This document shows, piece after piece, positions 36,882 through 47,193 of a stretch of 64,000 bases of DNA (position 1 is its first letter; each line of letters begins with the position of its first letter). The translations under genes and the position numbers were made by a program. The DNA comes from a virus: IMG/VR virus record IMGVR_UViG_3300045996_000607, positions 1 through 64,000 of that record; one strand, written 5' to 3'. Under the pieces are notes generated by a model. The model was not told the origin of the DNA. It did not search any database and saw only the letters and a program-made list of their open reading frames with translations.

Positions 36882-38151
36882 GGTCTTCGAACCGCTTCTC
36901 GCCGATGCGCGGGACAAGGCGGCATACGGGGGCCGCGGCTCAGGGAAGTCGCATTTCTTCGGCGGGCTAATGGTTGAGGACTGCCTTGCCGAGCCCGGAC
37001 AGGCAGCGGGCGAGGGCCTGAGGTGTGTTTGTATCCGCGAGGTGCAGAAGGATCTGGCGCAGTCGAGCAAGGCGCTGATCGAGCAGAAATTGAGCGACTT
37101 CAGGCTGACCCAAGCGGATGGGTTCAAGGTGTTCCGGGACGTGATCACCACCCCGGGTGATGGCATTATCATCTTCAAGGGCATGCAGGACTACACCGCT
37201 GACAGCATCAAGTCGCTGGAAGGGTTCAAGCGGGCATGGTGGGAAGAGGCCCAAGGCGCCACGCAGCATTCGATCAACCTGCTTCGCCCGACCATTCGTG
37301 CGCCTGGCTCCCAGCGGTGGTGGAGCTGGAACCCGCGACGGCCGATTGATCCCGTCGACCAGATGTTTCGCGGTGCGGAGAAACCAACCGGCGCCGTCGT
37401 GGTGCAGGCGAACTGGCGGGACAATCCGTGGTTCACCTCGGAGCTTGAGCAGGAGCGCGTTGATGGTCTCCGGATGCAGCCCGACCAGTACGGGCACATC
37501 TGGGACGGCGAGTACGTGACGGTTGTGGAAGGCGCATACTTCGCCAAGGAACTGAATGCAGCGAAGGCCGCAGGCCGGATTGCCAACGTCGCGCCGGACC
37601 CGCTGATGACCTACCGCGCGTTTTGGGACATCGGCGGCACGGGCGCACGGGCCGATTCCTGCTCGATCTGGATAGCCCAGTATGTGGGCCGCGAGATCCG
37701 CGTGCTGGATTATTACGAAGCGCAGGGACAGCCACTTGCTACCCACGTTCAGTGGTTGCGCGAGGAAGGCTATGGTAAGGCCCTTTGTGTGTTGCCGCAC
37801 GATGGTGAGACTAACGATCGGGTCCACGATGTCAGCTTCGAAAGCGCATTGAAGGCTGCCGGGTTTGATGTCGTCGTAATACCCAATCAGGGCAAGGGCG
37901 CGGCCAAGATGCGGGTTGAATCGGCACGCAGGCTATTCCCGTCGATCTGGTTCAACAGGGCAACCACCGAGGGCGGCCGACAGGCGCTTGGCTGGTATCA
38001 CGAGAAGAAGGACGAGGCGCGCAACATCGGCCTCGGCCCGGAGCACGACTGGTCCAGCCACGGGGCTGATGCCTTCGGCCTGATGTGCGTCGCCTATGAG
38101 GCGCCGAAGCAGGCACAGACAATCAATTACGAGAAGAGGGGCATCGCATGA
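36793..38151 (+). CDS. terL: Terminase large subunit, PBSX-like (true start possibly TTG 36847)
   Basis: YGGRGSGKS, C.REVQ, WWEEAQ, SWNP, HDWSSHGADAF. Confidence 0.95.
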   Translation: MRAREKTANTSSIRSCAKLSGRTLSIPTAEVFEPLLADARDKAAYGGRGSGKSHFFGGLMVEDCLAEPGQAAGEGLRCVCIREVQKDLAQSSKALIEQKLSDFRLTQADGFKVFRDVITTPGDGIIIFKGMQDYTADSIKSLEGFKRAWWEEAQGATQHSINLLRPTIRAPGSQRWWSWNPRRPIDPVDQMFRGAEKPTGAVVVQANWRDNPWFTSELEQERVDGLRMQPDQYGHIWDGEYVTVVEGAYFAKELNAAKAAGRIANVAPDPLMTYRAFWDIGGTGARADSCSIWIAQYVGREIRVLDYYEAQGQPLATHVQWLREEGYGKALCVLPHDGETNDRVHDVSFESALKAAGFDVVVIPNQGKGAAKMRVESARRLFPSIWFNRATTEGGRQALGWYHEKKDEARNIGLGPEHDWSSHGADAFGLMCVAYEAPKQAQTINYEKRGIA

Positions 38152-40232
38152 GGGAGGACGCCCCCGATCTGCTCGCATACCTGCAGTCCGAGGCCGAGCG
38201 CGCCAAGGATACATCGCTGGACGATCAGCGGGCCGTCGCCCTCGATTATTACAACGGCGAGCTATTCGGTGATGAGCTTGAGGGGCGCTCGCAGCTGGTG
38301 ACGCGCGATGTTGCCGAAGTGGTCGACCAGCAGGTTATCGAAGTCCTGCGCACGATGGTGTCCGGCGATCATGTCGTTGAGTTCGACGGCGAAGGCGAAG
38401 ATGGCGAGGACTTCGGCCAGCACGCGACAGAGGCGGTCCAATACCAGTTCATGCGCAAGCAGAACGGCTATCGGGTGCTTCACGACAGCCTGAAGGCAGG
38501 CCTGCTCGAGAAGACCGGGATCGTAAAGAGCTGGGTGCAGCGCAAGTTCAAGATCGAGACGGGCGAAGTGCCGATCGACATGCTGCTCGAGGTGCAGGCC
38601 AACCCGGAGTTTGGGGAGGTGCTGGCCGCCGAACCAATCGATGAGCTGGACGAGTTCGAAGGGCTGTGGAAGGTCCGTGTCCGCGTTGAGCAGCCGCCGC
38701 AGTTTCGCGATATGGCCGTTCCGAACGAGGAGTTCCGGATTGCGCCGGATGCGCGGTCACTCGATGATGCTGCCTACATTGCCCATGTGACGGAAAAGAG
38801 CCTGTCCGAACTGATCGAGATGGGCTTCCCGATTGACAAGGTGAATGAGCTGTGGGGCGACAACCCCTCCTCTACCACTCTTGCAAACGCTCGCGATGCC
38901 GGCGCTACGAGCCGTGAGGTAGCGCGGCCCGGCAACCAGCGCCGCCTGTGGCTCTATGAAGAATATGTCCGCTACGATGCCAATGGCGACGGCTACGATG
39001 AGTTGCTGTGCGTGCATCGCATCGGCACGACGATCCTTTCGGTCGAGGAAGTAGAGGAGCAGCCATTCTCGGGATGGACCCCCTTCCCGATGCAGCACCG
39101 GTTCATTGGCCAGTCATCTGCCGACAAGACCATGGACATCCAGCGCACGCGATCGGTGATGTTGCGCCAGGCGATGGACAATCTGTACCTGTCCAACTCG
39201 CCGCGGGTAGCTGTCGATGAAGTGGGCATGACGGCGGATACGATAAGCGACCTCCTGACCGTCCGTCCCGGCGCGCTGGTGCGCTACAAGGGTGGTCAGG
39301 CGCCCGTACCCTTTGCGGTTCCGTTCGTTGCCGGCCACGCCTTTGAGGCCATGGAGATGATGACCGCCGAGCGCGAGTCCCGCACGGGCGTCACGCGGCA
39401 CAATCAGGGGCTGAACCCCGACACGCTGAACAAGACGGCTTCGGGCATGGCGATGCTGCAGCAGGCCGGCGATCAGGTGGGCGAATATGTCGCTCGCAAC
39501 TTCGCGGAAGATCTGGTCGCCCCGATGTTCGCCAAGCGCTACCGGCTGATGCGCAAGTTCGGGCAACCGTTCAGCATGAAGATCGACGGTACGCGGGTGG
39601 AGATCGACCCGCGCACATGGCCCGAAGAGATCGACATGCTGATCAACGTTGGGCTCGGCACCGGCCGCAAGGATCAGCGCCTCGCCTACCGTGTCCAGCT
39701 GCTCGACTTCCAGAAGGAGGCCTATGCTGCCGGCTCACCGCTGGTGAATGAGGACAAGATCTTCAACAATGTCCGCGGCATGATCAAGGATGCGTCGCTG
39801 GGCAGCCCCTCCGACTATCTGGTCGACCCAGAAACGCTGAAGGACCCTGAAACCGGCGAGATGCCGCAGCGTCCTGACCCGCAGGCGGCACAGGCGGAGG
39901 CGCAGGCAGCGATTGAGGCCCAGAAGCTGGCAGGCGAGCAAGCCGAACAGGAGCGGCAGGCGCAGATCAAGATGCGGTCGGTCGAGATTGACGGCGAGAT
40001 CCGCACCATTGGTGCGCAGGCGGACGCGGAGACCAAGCGGGCATCGGCCGAACTGGACGCACAGCTGCGCCGCGACAAGGCGGCGGAAGAGGCGCGGCTT
40101 GCTCAGGACAAGATGATATTCGAGATGGGAATGGCCGAGGAGCGGTTCGAGTTCGAGAAGACCTTGAAGCAGGCACCGCAAGAGGGTTCGGGCGTTAACG
40201 GCTTCAGGCCGGGCGGAGATCTCGCGCAATGA
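38148..40232 (+). CDS. Portal protein (P22-like, with C-terminal barrel helix)
   Basis: 694 aa after terL; DYYNG....E.EGRSQLV.RDV; long helical tail. Confidence 0.9.
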   Translation: MREDAPDLLAYLQSEAERAKDTSLDDQRAVALDYYNGELFGDELEGRSQLVTRDVAEVVDQQVIEVLRTMVSGDHVVEFDGEGEDGEDFGQHATEAVQYQFMRKQNGYRVLHDSLKAGLLEKTGIVKSWVQRKFKIETGEVPIDMLLEVQANPEFGEVLAAEPIDELDEFEGLWKVRVRVEQPPQFRDMAVPNEEFRIAPDARSLDDAAYIAHVTEKSLSELIEMGFPIDKVNELWGDNPSSTTLANARDAGATSREVARPGNQRRLWLYEEYVRYDANGDGYDELLCVHRIGTTILSVEEVEEQPFSGWTPFPMQHRFIGQSSADKTMDIQRTRSVMLRQAMDNLYLSNSPRVAVDEVGMTADTISDLLTVRPGALVRYKGGQAPVPFAVPFVAGHAFEAMEMMTAERESRTGVTRHNQGLNPDTLNKTASGMAMLQQAGDQVGEYVARNFAEDLVAPMFAKRYRLMRKFGQPFSMKIDGTRVEIDPRTWPEEIDMLINVGLGTGRKDQRLAYRVQLLDFQKEAYAAGSPLVNEDKIFNNVRGMIKDASLGSPSDYLVDPETLKDPETGEMPQRPDPQAAQAEAQAAIEAQKLAGEQAEQERQAQIKMRSVEIDGEIRTIGAQADAETKRASAELDAQLRRDKAAEEARLAQDKMIFEMGMAEERFEFEKTLKQAPQEGSGVNGFRPGGDLAQ

Positions 40233-40537
40233 CCGACGCTGTTGCATCTGAGCGCATCGATCGCGGTCAGCGGGCCACATCGGCGCTGCGTGAGTTCCTC
40301 GATCCGGCGTTCGATGTGGTGATTACCGACTATATGTCCCGCCTGACGCAGATTGCCGCCGAGACGCCGTGGGATACGGGTAAAATCATCAAGCTGGCGT
40401 CGGCCGCGAAGATCGCCGAGCAGGTGCGGGTGCAGATCAAGTCGCTCGTTGCTGACGGTGAGGTAGCGCTGGATGGTGTGCAGCGCGCCCGGCAGATCGA
40501 GGGCATGTCGACCGAGCGGAGGAAGTGGCTCGGGTGA
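40229..40537 (+). CDS. Small conserved post-portal protein
   Basis: Positional counterpart of 45745..45993. Confidence 0.6.
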   Translation: MTDAVASERIDRGQRATSALREFLDPAFDVVITDYMSRLTQIAAETPWDTGKIIKLASAAKIAEQVRVQIKSLVADGEVALDGVQRARQIEGMSTERRKWLG

Positions 40538-40753
40538 CCATCCGCGAGGACATCTCCGACGCGGGGCTGATGCTGTTCGATGGCCAGCCGACTGATGGGC
40601 AATCAGGCAAGAGCTTGATCCTCACGGACGGCAAGCACTTCGAGATTGTCGAGTTCGATCCTGACAGGGAAAATGAGGAAGCGGTGCTGGCCGACATGCT
40701 GGCGCGGTTCCGGCAACAGCTGAACTAGATTCCCGCACCAGCGGGTGACGCAA

Positions 40754-40780
40754 GGGCTGCTTCTGCGGCCCTTTTTCTTT
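40754..40780 (+). terminator. Hairpin plus U-tract before the scaffold gene
   Basis: gggctgc-ttct-gcggccc ttttt. Confidence 0.65.
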
Positions 40781-40792
40781 GGAGCAACACAG

Positions 40793-41734
40793 GTGACCCA
40801 GCTTGCAGAAGCAGTCGCCGACGCTCCCGTTCTCGATGATGCGAACGGTGCGACGGCTGATCAGACGAACGCGCCCCTCGATCCCGCATCGATGTATCCC
40901 GAGGATGCGAAGGAACCAGATGCCGGTGATGAGCCGGAGCAGTCGGACGATGAGCCCGTCGATGACGACCAGACCGACGAAGTGGACGAACCGGAAGCGG
41001 CCATTGATCCACCCGTTAGCTGGGACAAGGAAGCCAAGGCGAAGTTCGCCCAGCTACCTCCTGACATGCAGGCCTTTCTCGCGGAGCAGGACGCCCACCG
41101 CAATCGGCAGGTCACCGATGTCACCACCCGCGCAGCGGAGGCCCAGAGGCAGGCGCAAGCCGAACTTCAGGCCAATGTCGCGGAGAGTCAGCAGTACTAC
41201 GCCCAGCAAGTTGAGTTGGTCGCACAGCAGTTCCTGCCGCCTGAGCCGAACCCGGCCCAGTTTCAGGACATGCAAAGCTACCTGTACGCCAAGGACCAGT
41301 ATGGGCAGGCGCTCGCCCAGCATCAGCAACTGATGCAGCACGCCAGCCAGATCCGTTCACAGGCGGAGCAGCAGCTTCAGCAGCAGCAAATCCAGATGCT
41401 CCAGCAGGATGCAAAGCGCGTCTCGATCGAGCTGCCAGAGCTGAACGACCAGACCCAATACCAGCAGCTGGTACAGGACCTGACGCCGATCGCCAAAGAG
41501 CTTGGCTACGACGACGAACGCATTGCCCAGGCATGGCCTTCCGACATCCTCGCGATGAAGCGGGTGAAGGGCTGGAAGGACAAGGCCAGCAAGTGGGACT
41601 CGCTCCAGGCTCGCAAGATGGAAGGCGTTCGCTCGGCGAAAGCCCTTCCGAAAGTGTCCGCGCCCGGCGCCGCGGGGACAGCAGCGAGAGCCGCACCAGT
41701 CCCCATCGCCAGGCAGCTTTACCCGAACGACTAA
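40793..41734 (+). CDS. Scaffolding protein (phage A)
   Basis: Acidic N-terminus, PP.SW..EAK..F..LP, Gln-rich coils; precedes the capsid. Confidence 0.8.
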   Translation: MTQLAEAVADAPVLDDANGATADQTNAPLDPASMYPEDAKEPDAGDEPEQSDDEPVDDDQTDEVDEPEAAIDPPVSWDKEAKAKFAQLPPDMQAFLAEQDAHRNRQVTDVTTRAAEAQRQAQAELQANVAESQQYYAQQVELVAQQFLPPEPNPAQFQDMQSYLYAKDQYGQALAQHQQLMQHASQIRSQAEQQLQQQQIQMLQQDAKRVSIELPELNDQTQYQQLVQDLTPIAKELGYDDERIAQAWPSDILAMKRVKGWKDKASKWDSLQARKMEGVRSAKALPKVSAPGAAGTAARAAPVPIARQLYPND

Positions 41735-41746
41735 CAGGAGGCCGCA

Positions 41747-42778
41747 ATGGCGACCATTGGCAATTCCTTTCTGGGAATCATCGACCACTACAAGCGGGTA
41801 GACCGCAACGGCAACATCATGCCGATCATCGAGGCGCTGCATCAGCTCAATCCGCTCATGCAGGACGCCCACGTCATCGAGGCGAATAACGGCTCGAGCC
41901 ACCGTTCCACGATCCGCACGGGGCTTGGTTCCGTTGCGTGGGGCAAGCTCTATCAGGGCATCCTGCAGAGCAAGTCGACCACCCAGCAGGTGGAAGACAC
42001 GACCGGCTTTGTCGAGCGCTTGTCGACCATCGACACCCGCTTCCTGAAGCTGGTGAAGGACCCCGCCGGCGAGCGCATGGCGGAAGCCAACGCGGCGCTG
42101 GAAGCCATCTCGCAGGATGTGCAGTCCAACTTCTTCTACGCGGACTCGAACATCACGCCTGAGCGCTTCAAGGGCCTGGCTGCACGCTACAACGCGATTG
42201 CGGCGGGCGGTGCAGCCGCTGCCCAGATCGTGGACGGCGGCGGTGTCGGCTCTGACAACACGTCCGTCTGGCTCGTGGGCTGGGGCGCTCCCGGCACGTC
42301 GCTGATCTACCCCGAGGGTACGACCGGCGGCATCCAGCGCGAAGACAAGGGCGAGCAGCGCACGCTCGATGACAACGGCATGCCGTACTTCGTGAAGGAG
42401 GAATATTTCTCCCAGCACGTCGGCGTGAAAGTCGGCGACTGGCGCTACAACGTCCGCATCGCCAACATCGACGTGTCCAACATGCTCGCCGGCACGGTCG
42501 ACGTGTATGCGTTGCTGCGGCAGGCCTATTACAAGGCCCATGAGCGCCGCAACACGCGGATGCAGAACGGTGGCATGGTGCAGGGCGTCAAGCCCGTCAT
42601 CTACGCAAACCGCGACTTCTTGCAGGCGCTCGATGCGCAGGCGACTAACGACGGGGCGAGCGACAACTTCGTTCGCATGACCCCGGACGAGATCGCCGGC
42701 AAGGAAATCCCGACCTACCGCGGCATCCCGATCCGCGAGACGGACGCCCTGATCAACGCGGAAGCCCGCGTGGTCTGA
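41747..42778 (+). CDS. Major capsid protein A (BPP-1 Bbp17-like)
   Basis: RTGL, F.GLA.RY, DNTS.W.V.W, DWRY.VRIANID, GIPIRETDAL...EARV. Confidence 0.85.
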   Translation: MATIGNSFLGIIDHYKRVDRNGNIMPIIEALHQLNPLMQDAHVIEANNGSSHRSTIRTGLGSVAWGKLYQGILQSKSTTQQVEDTTGFVERLSTIDTRFLKLVKDPAGERMAEANAALEAISQDVQSNFFYADSNITPERFKGLAARYNAIAAGGAAAAQIVDGGGVGSDNTSVWLVGWGAPGTSLIYPEGTTGGIQREDKGEQRTLDDNGMPYFVKEEYFSQHVGVKVGDWRYNVRIANIDVSNMLAGTVDVYALLRQAYYKAHERRNTRMQNGGMVQGVKPVIYANRDFLQALDAQATNDGASDNFVRMTPDEIAGKEIPTYRGIPIRETDALINAEARVV

Positions 42779-42802
42779 TCCGGAAAACAGGAGAATATCG
42801 AC

Positions 42803-43234
42803 ATGATTATGGATCGCACGGGCCTGTTTTCCGAGAACCAGGCCGTCACCGCAACCGCCGTATCCACCAATATCATCGATCTTGGTGCGACCGGCACTCC
42901 CTACGGCTCGTCGTCGGCTCTCGCCCGCGACATCGGCAAGGGTGAAGACGTTCCGCTTTACTGCGGCGTCACCGCTTCGTTCAACAACCTGACTTCGCTG
43001 ACCATCTCGATCGAGACGGACGACAACGCCGGGTTCGCGAGCGCCACCACCGTCTGGACCTCGCCGGCATACACGCTGGCCCAGCTGGCAACGGGCGCGC
43101 GCTACCTGCTCCCGGATCATCTGCCGGTGGGCGTGAACGAGCGCTACGTCCGGCTTCGGTACACCGTCGCCGGCACCGCCCCCACCTTGGGCACCATCAC
43201 GGCCGGCGTCGTGATGTCGCGCCAGTCCAACTAA
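42803..43234 (+). CDS. Capsid cement protein (Bbp16-like)
   Basis: MIMD....FS..QAVT.TA.STN.IDL...RY.RL.YTV.G. Confidence 0.8.
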   Translation: MIMDRTGLFSENQAVTATAVSTNIIDLGATGTPYGSSSALARDIGKGEDVPLYCGVTASFNNLTSLTISIETDDNAGFASATTVWTSPAYTLAQLATGARYLLPDHLPVGVNERYVRLRYTVAGTAPTLGTITAGVVMSRQSN

Positions 43235-43237
43235 GGA

Positions 43238-43549
43238 GTGAATGACATGGCAAAGCAGCCAAAGACCTATGTCGCTCCGCACGCGGTCTACACCGGGGGC
43301 AAGATGTATGCTCCCGGGGAGCCGTTTGTGACTGCCGATACCCCGGGCGAGCAGTGGGAGACGGTCACCAAGGGCGAGGCAGCCGCAGCGGAGGCCGCGC
43401 AGAAGGGCCCGCCCAACGACGTGCCGCTCGACTCCCTCTCGGGTGCTGCTCTTCAGGCCTATGCGGCCACGAAGAACATTAATCCGAAGGGTCTCAGCGA
43501 CAAGGAACTTCGCACGGCGATTGCCGCAGCGGACGAACCCGCCCTCTGA
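43238..43549 (+). CDS. Small head-associated protein
   Basis: RBS aaggag; C-terminal Rho-N/HeH-like helices. Confidence 0.6.
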   Translation: MNDMAKQPKTYVAPHAVYTGGKMYAPGEPFVTADTPGEQWETVTKGEAAAAEAAQKGPPNDVPLDSLSGAALQAYAATKNINPKGLSDKELRTAIAAADEPAL

Positions 43550-43616
43550 GGCAATACCGGGGCGACCCGTCAGGGCCGCCCCACCTTTTCCCGAGCAGCC
43601 GAGAGGATCGCGCCTG

Positions 43617-45665
43617 ATGAATGTGCCCGATCTGCGCGCTGCTGTGTCTGTAAATGGCGGAACCCCCACCCGCTATGATATCGTCGGGCTGTTTCGTCAG
43701 CTGGTCACAGCCTATGGTGGGACACCGACGAAATGGTCCATCCGTGAACTTCTGCGGGAGGCGGTGACCGCAGCCGGCGGCACGCCGACGCAGTGGTCAC
43801 AGGTTGGGCTCATGCGCGAGCTGGCGGCGGCCTTGGGGGTTGATCCGGGCGAGTATGCCGGGCGCACTCTTTCAGAGATTATCGCAGAGACTGCGAAGGG
43901 CGGCACCCCCACGCCTACGCCCACTCCCGGCGTGGCTGCTCCGAACTATGCGACGGTCGCCAGCGCCCCGAACGTCGAAGTCTTCCCGCACCTGACGACG
44001 TTCACCGAGAGCGGCGGGCGCGTGACCGGGTTCACCGATCAGAAGGGCCTGCCCTTCACCTCGCCCGACACAAACGGCCCCGTACTGATGACGGATCTGC
44101 TGGGCCGCAAGTTCCTGCGCTTCACGGTGTTCACCGGCATTCAGGGAGCATGGTTGCGCAACGCCACGCTTGCGGCGCTGGACACCTATTGCGCGACATG
44201 GATGCTCGTTGGGCGCGTCCACCTTGCCTACAAGCAGGCATTCGTCAGTCACGGCAACAACGGCGCGACGCCGGCCACGAACGGATCTGCACAGCTCGGC
44301 TGCTCGGGCGGGACCAACGTCATCCCGGGCGCCCCGATGGTCTCGGGCATGACGCCGCTGATCAACACCGCTGTCGCCAACGCTGCCAAACTGGAGACCG
44401 GCTGCCAGCTTCAGGTCATCGGCAACGCGATCATGGCGAGCGACGGTGTGGGCGGGGCGACCACCTCGGGCACGCTGCACCACTGGCTCAACAACGAGGT
44501 CGCAAGCCTCGCGATCAGCGGGCAACGCAATGTCGGCCGCACTGGCTTTGAAGTCGGGCGGCGGGCGAATGGCTCGGGCTCGACGTTCGAGTACGCGTAT
44601 CTGGACCTCTACTACCTCGCTGGCTGGACGACGGGGCAGTTCACCAATGCGAACGTGCTGGCGCAGTCGACACTGATCGCAGGCATTCTGACCAGCAACT
44701 GGGCGATCCCGGCGATCACCGATAGCACTATCCTCGGAGGCGATAGCCGCACCGAGCAGAACCAGACCAATGGCGTGTCCATGGCGATGATGCTGACCGA
44801 GCCGGGTGGCGCAAATGCCCTCGCCACCAGTCACCGCGTGATCAATCTCGGCTATTCGGGCAAGGGATGGCAGACGCAGTACAACGCCACCGTCCGTCCG
44901 ACCTCGCCCTATGGCTTCCTGCTGGGCGGCGGCAAGGATCGCGCGGTGTTCGGCGTCGGCCCCGGCGTGAACGACATGACTGCGGCGTCCGGCTGGCCCA
45001 AAACCAACGCAACTGCCGATCCCGGTGCCCTCACGGCTAACGATACCGTGGCGAGAGCGAACGAAGTATACGATACGGCGGGCACTCTGGACTCGGTTTT
45101 CACCGGCTCGATCAGCGCCGCGGTCCTCACCGTCACTGCCGTGACCAGCGGCGCTATCCGCGTGGGCATGTCGCTCGATGTCAACGGAGGCACCCTGTTC
45201 ATCAACTCGCTTGGCACGGGAACGGGCGGAACTGGAACCTACAACCTGAACACTTCCGCCACGGTGGCATCGCAGACGATCACCGCGCGCCAGGGTGATG
45301 CACGTCGCACCGTGACCAACCTGCTTACGCTCGGCTGGAAGGTAGCGGTTTCGGCAGAGATCAAGAACAACGGCGCGAACGACGCCGGGAGCCCCTCACC
45401 CCTCGACACGCTGCGCGGCAAGCTCCTTGCCATGGCGGCTGATGTTCAGGCCGGCCCGGGTCAGACCTATGACGGCAAGTTCCGCGCGTTCGACAATCGC
45501 GAAATCGTGGTCGGCGGGCTGAAGATCTTCGGCACCGATGCTGTATTCAGCACCGGCTATTACACCGATGGCGTGCATCCGAACGACACGGGGCGTCCGT
45601 TCCTCGTGAGCGGCGGAACCACCCCGCAGCACGGCATCAAGGCCAACATCGAGGCGCTCGTCTGA
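43617..45665 (+). CDS. Virion fibre/decoration protein with SGNH/GDSL esterase domain
   Basis: N-terminal GGTPT repeats, PT linker, lectin-like middle, SGNH blocks GGDS / G.SG / GVND / DGVHP. Confidence 0.75.
   Translation: MNVPDLRAAVSVNGGTPTRYDIVGLFRQLVTAYGGTPTKWSIRELLREAVTAAGGTPTQWSQVGLMRELAAALGVDPGEYAGRTLSEIIAETAKGGTPTPTPTPGVAAPNYATVASAPNVEVFPHLTTFTESGGRVTGFTDQKGLPFTSPDTNGPVLMTDLLGRKFLRFTVFTGIQGAWLRNATLAALDTYCATWMLVGRVHLAYKQAFVSHGNNGATPATNGSAQLGCSGGTNVIPGAPMVSGMTPLINTAVANAAKLETGCQLQVIGNAIMASDGVGGATTSGTLHHWLNNEVASLAISGQRNVGRTGFEVGRRANGSGSTFEYAYLDLYYLAGWTTGQFTNANVLAQSTLIAGILTSNWAIPAITDSTILGGDSRTEQNQTNGVSMAMMLTEPGGANALATSHRVINLGYSGKGWQTQYNATVRPTSPYGFLLGGGKDRAVFGVGPGVNDMTAASGWPKTNATADPGALTANDTVARANEVYDTAGTLDSVFTGSISAAVLTVTAVTSGAIRVGMSLDVNGGTLFINSLGTGTGGTGTYNLNTSATVASQTITARQGDARRTVTNLLTLGWKVAVSAEIKNNGANDAGSPSPLDTLRGKLLAMAADVQAGPGQTYDGKFRAFDNREIVVGGLKIFGTDAVFSTGYYTDGVHPNDTGRPFLVSGGTTPQHGIKANIEALV
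44772..45665 (+). repeat. Direct repeat copy 2 of 1..894
   Basis: Offset 44,771 bp; proteins differ at only 3 residues (T/A, V/I, terminal T/V). Confidence 0.95.
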
Positions 45666-45744
45666 TGCACTTCTATCGCTCTCCGCCCTTCATCATCACT
45701 GAGCTCTCGCTGGTGCTGTGGGCGGGGATATTGGGACTGATGAC

Positions 45745-45993
45745 ATGAGCGACACCGAAGCCCGCGCAGCCGCAGCCCGTCAGCTGCTGGACAATCCCCT
45801 GCTGGCCGAGGCGTTCGCCAACGTGCGGGCCGCAGCGATCGAGGCATGGACCGAAACGAGCGTCATCGACGCCCAGAAGCGCGAGATCGCATGGCTGACG
45901 GTGAAGGTGGTCGACCGGATCGTCGGTGAACTCGAGAGCGTCATCGTAAACGGCAAGATCGCCGCCCGTCGGGTGCAGGCGCCAGTTCGATAG
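45745..45993 (+). CDS. Small conserved pre-scaffold protein (phage B)
   Basis: A.QLLDNPLL.EAF......W..T...D...RE..W. Confidence 0.7.
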   Translation: MSDTEARAAAARQLLDNPLLAEAFANVRAAAIEAWTETSVIDAQKREIAWLTVKVVDRIVGELESVIVNGKIAARRVQAPVR

Positions 45994-46171
45994 GTGTTGG
46001 CCTCTCACCAACTTGGACGTTTCCTTACTGCTCGTGGGCGTAACGTGCGGCTGACGCCGCCGGCCCGTTTCCACTCAAGCGCAGCCTGACCGCTAGGATG
46101 CAACGTCTAAGCAGACACCTCGCGAACTGAGCGCTGAGACTACCACTCTCACCCCTGAGAAGGAACCCAAA

Positions 46172-47188
46172 ATGACAGATACGGCGACCCCGGAAACGGG
46201 ACCCGTTGACGCGCCCGCGTCGGCTGAAAGCATTGCTGCCGAACTGATGTCGGGAAACACGGAAGCCCCTGCGAACGAGCTGGAAAGCGTCACGCAGGAA
46301 CTGGTCAATGAGGCCGAAGGGAAAGGCGAAGCCGACGAGGCACCCGCTACCGAGGACGATGCGACCGAACCCGTCGAAGAGGCTGAGAACCCCGAGGAAA
46401 GCTCCCCCGAACAACAGCAGATGGTGACCGTCAAGGTCAACGGCGAGGACCGCGAGGTCCCGCTGGCCGAAGCTCTGGCGGGCTATAGCCGACTGGAGGA
46501 TTACAAAGCGAAAACGGCGGAAGTGGCCGAGCAGCGCCGACAGATCGAGGCCAAGGCTTCGACCATCGAGGCGGACATCAAGGCCCATTACGCGAGCCAA
46601 CTTGAAGAAGCGACCAACCTGTTTGCCCAGTTCGACCCCGTGCTGGCGGAAGCCCGTACGATCAACTGGGAGGCCCTGAAAGCCGCCGACCCCGCTGCCT
46701 TCGTCGCTGCCCAGGATGCCGTCAACGCACGGCTGACTGCCATCCAGCAGATGCAACAGCAGGTCGAGAGCAACCGGACCGCCGCACAACAGCGACAACA
46801 GCAAGAGGCCGAGCAGGAGCGCGCACAGCGCTTCGACAAGGCCGCCGATGCAATCGTGAAGGAAATGCCCGAGCTGGCCGATGAGGCGAAGTTTCAGGCG
46901 TTTGCGACCGACGCTGTCTCTGCACTGCGGGAAAGCGGGTTCAACGATGCCGAAATCGCGGAATCTCTGGACGATCGCGTCCTGAAGCTCGCGAACGAGG
47001 CCCGTCAGTGGCGCGCCCATGTGGCCGCCCAAAAATCGCTCCCTGAAAAGCGTGTCGTTCCCAAGTCCGCGGTGAAGCCGCTGACCACGGACGGCTCCGG
47101 CTCGCGCGCAAACCCTCCCCGGTTTCCCGGCAACGCTTCGCGCGATCGCAAGGTGGACTGGGTCACCTCCCAACTCCTTGAAGGATAG
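46172..47188 (+). CDS. Scaffolding protein (phage B)
   Basis: VKVNGED.EV.L.E...GYSR..DY..KT; INW..L...DP. Confidence 0.85.
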   Translation: MTDTATPETGPVDAPASAESIAAELMSGNTEAPANELESVTQELVNEAEGKGEADEAPATEDDATEPVEEAENPEESSPEQQQMVTVKVNGEDREVPLAEALAGYSRLEDYKAKTAEVAEQRRQIEAKASTIEADIKAHYASQLEEATNLFAQFDPVLAEARTINWEALKAADPAAFVAAQDAVNARLTAIQQMQQQVESNRTAAQQRQQQEAEQERAQRFDKAADAIVKEMPELADEAKFQAFATDAVSALRESGFNDAEIAESLDDRVLKLANEARQWRAHVAAQKSLPEKRVVPKSAVKPLTTDGSGSRANPPRFPGNASRDRKVDWVTSQLLEG

Positions 47189-47193
47189 TACCC

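Larger units (their letters stand above)
1..44771. mobile_element. Phage A: complete circularly permuted temperate podovirus-like genome unit (44,771 bp)
   Basis: One full set of structural, lysis, integration, immunity, replication and packaging genes; sequence at 44772 resumes the sequence at position 1. Confidence 0.85.

Noticed and set aside
41357-43669. 770-aa minus-strand ORF and similar long antisense ORFs (32951..34420, 47005..48351, 4518..5858)
   Set aside because: Shadow frames of GC-rich genuine genes on the opposite strand; no motifs
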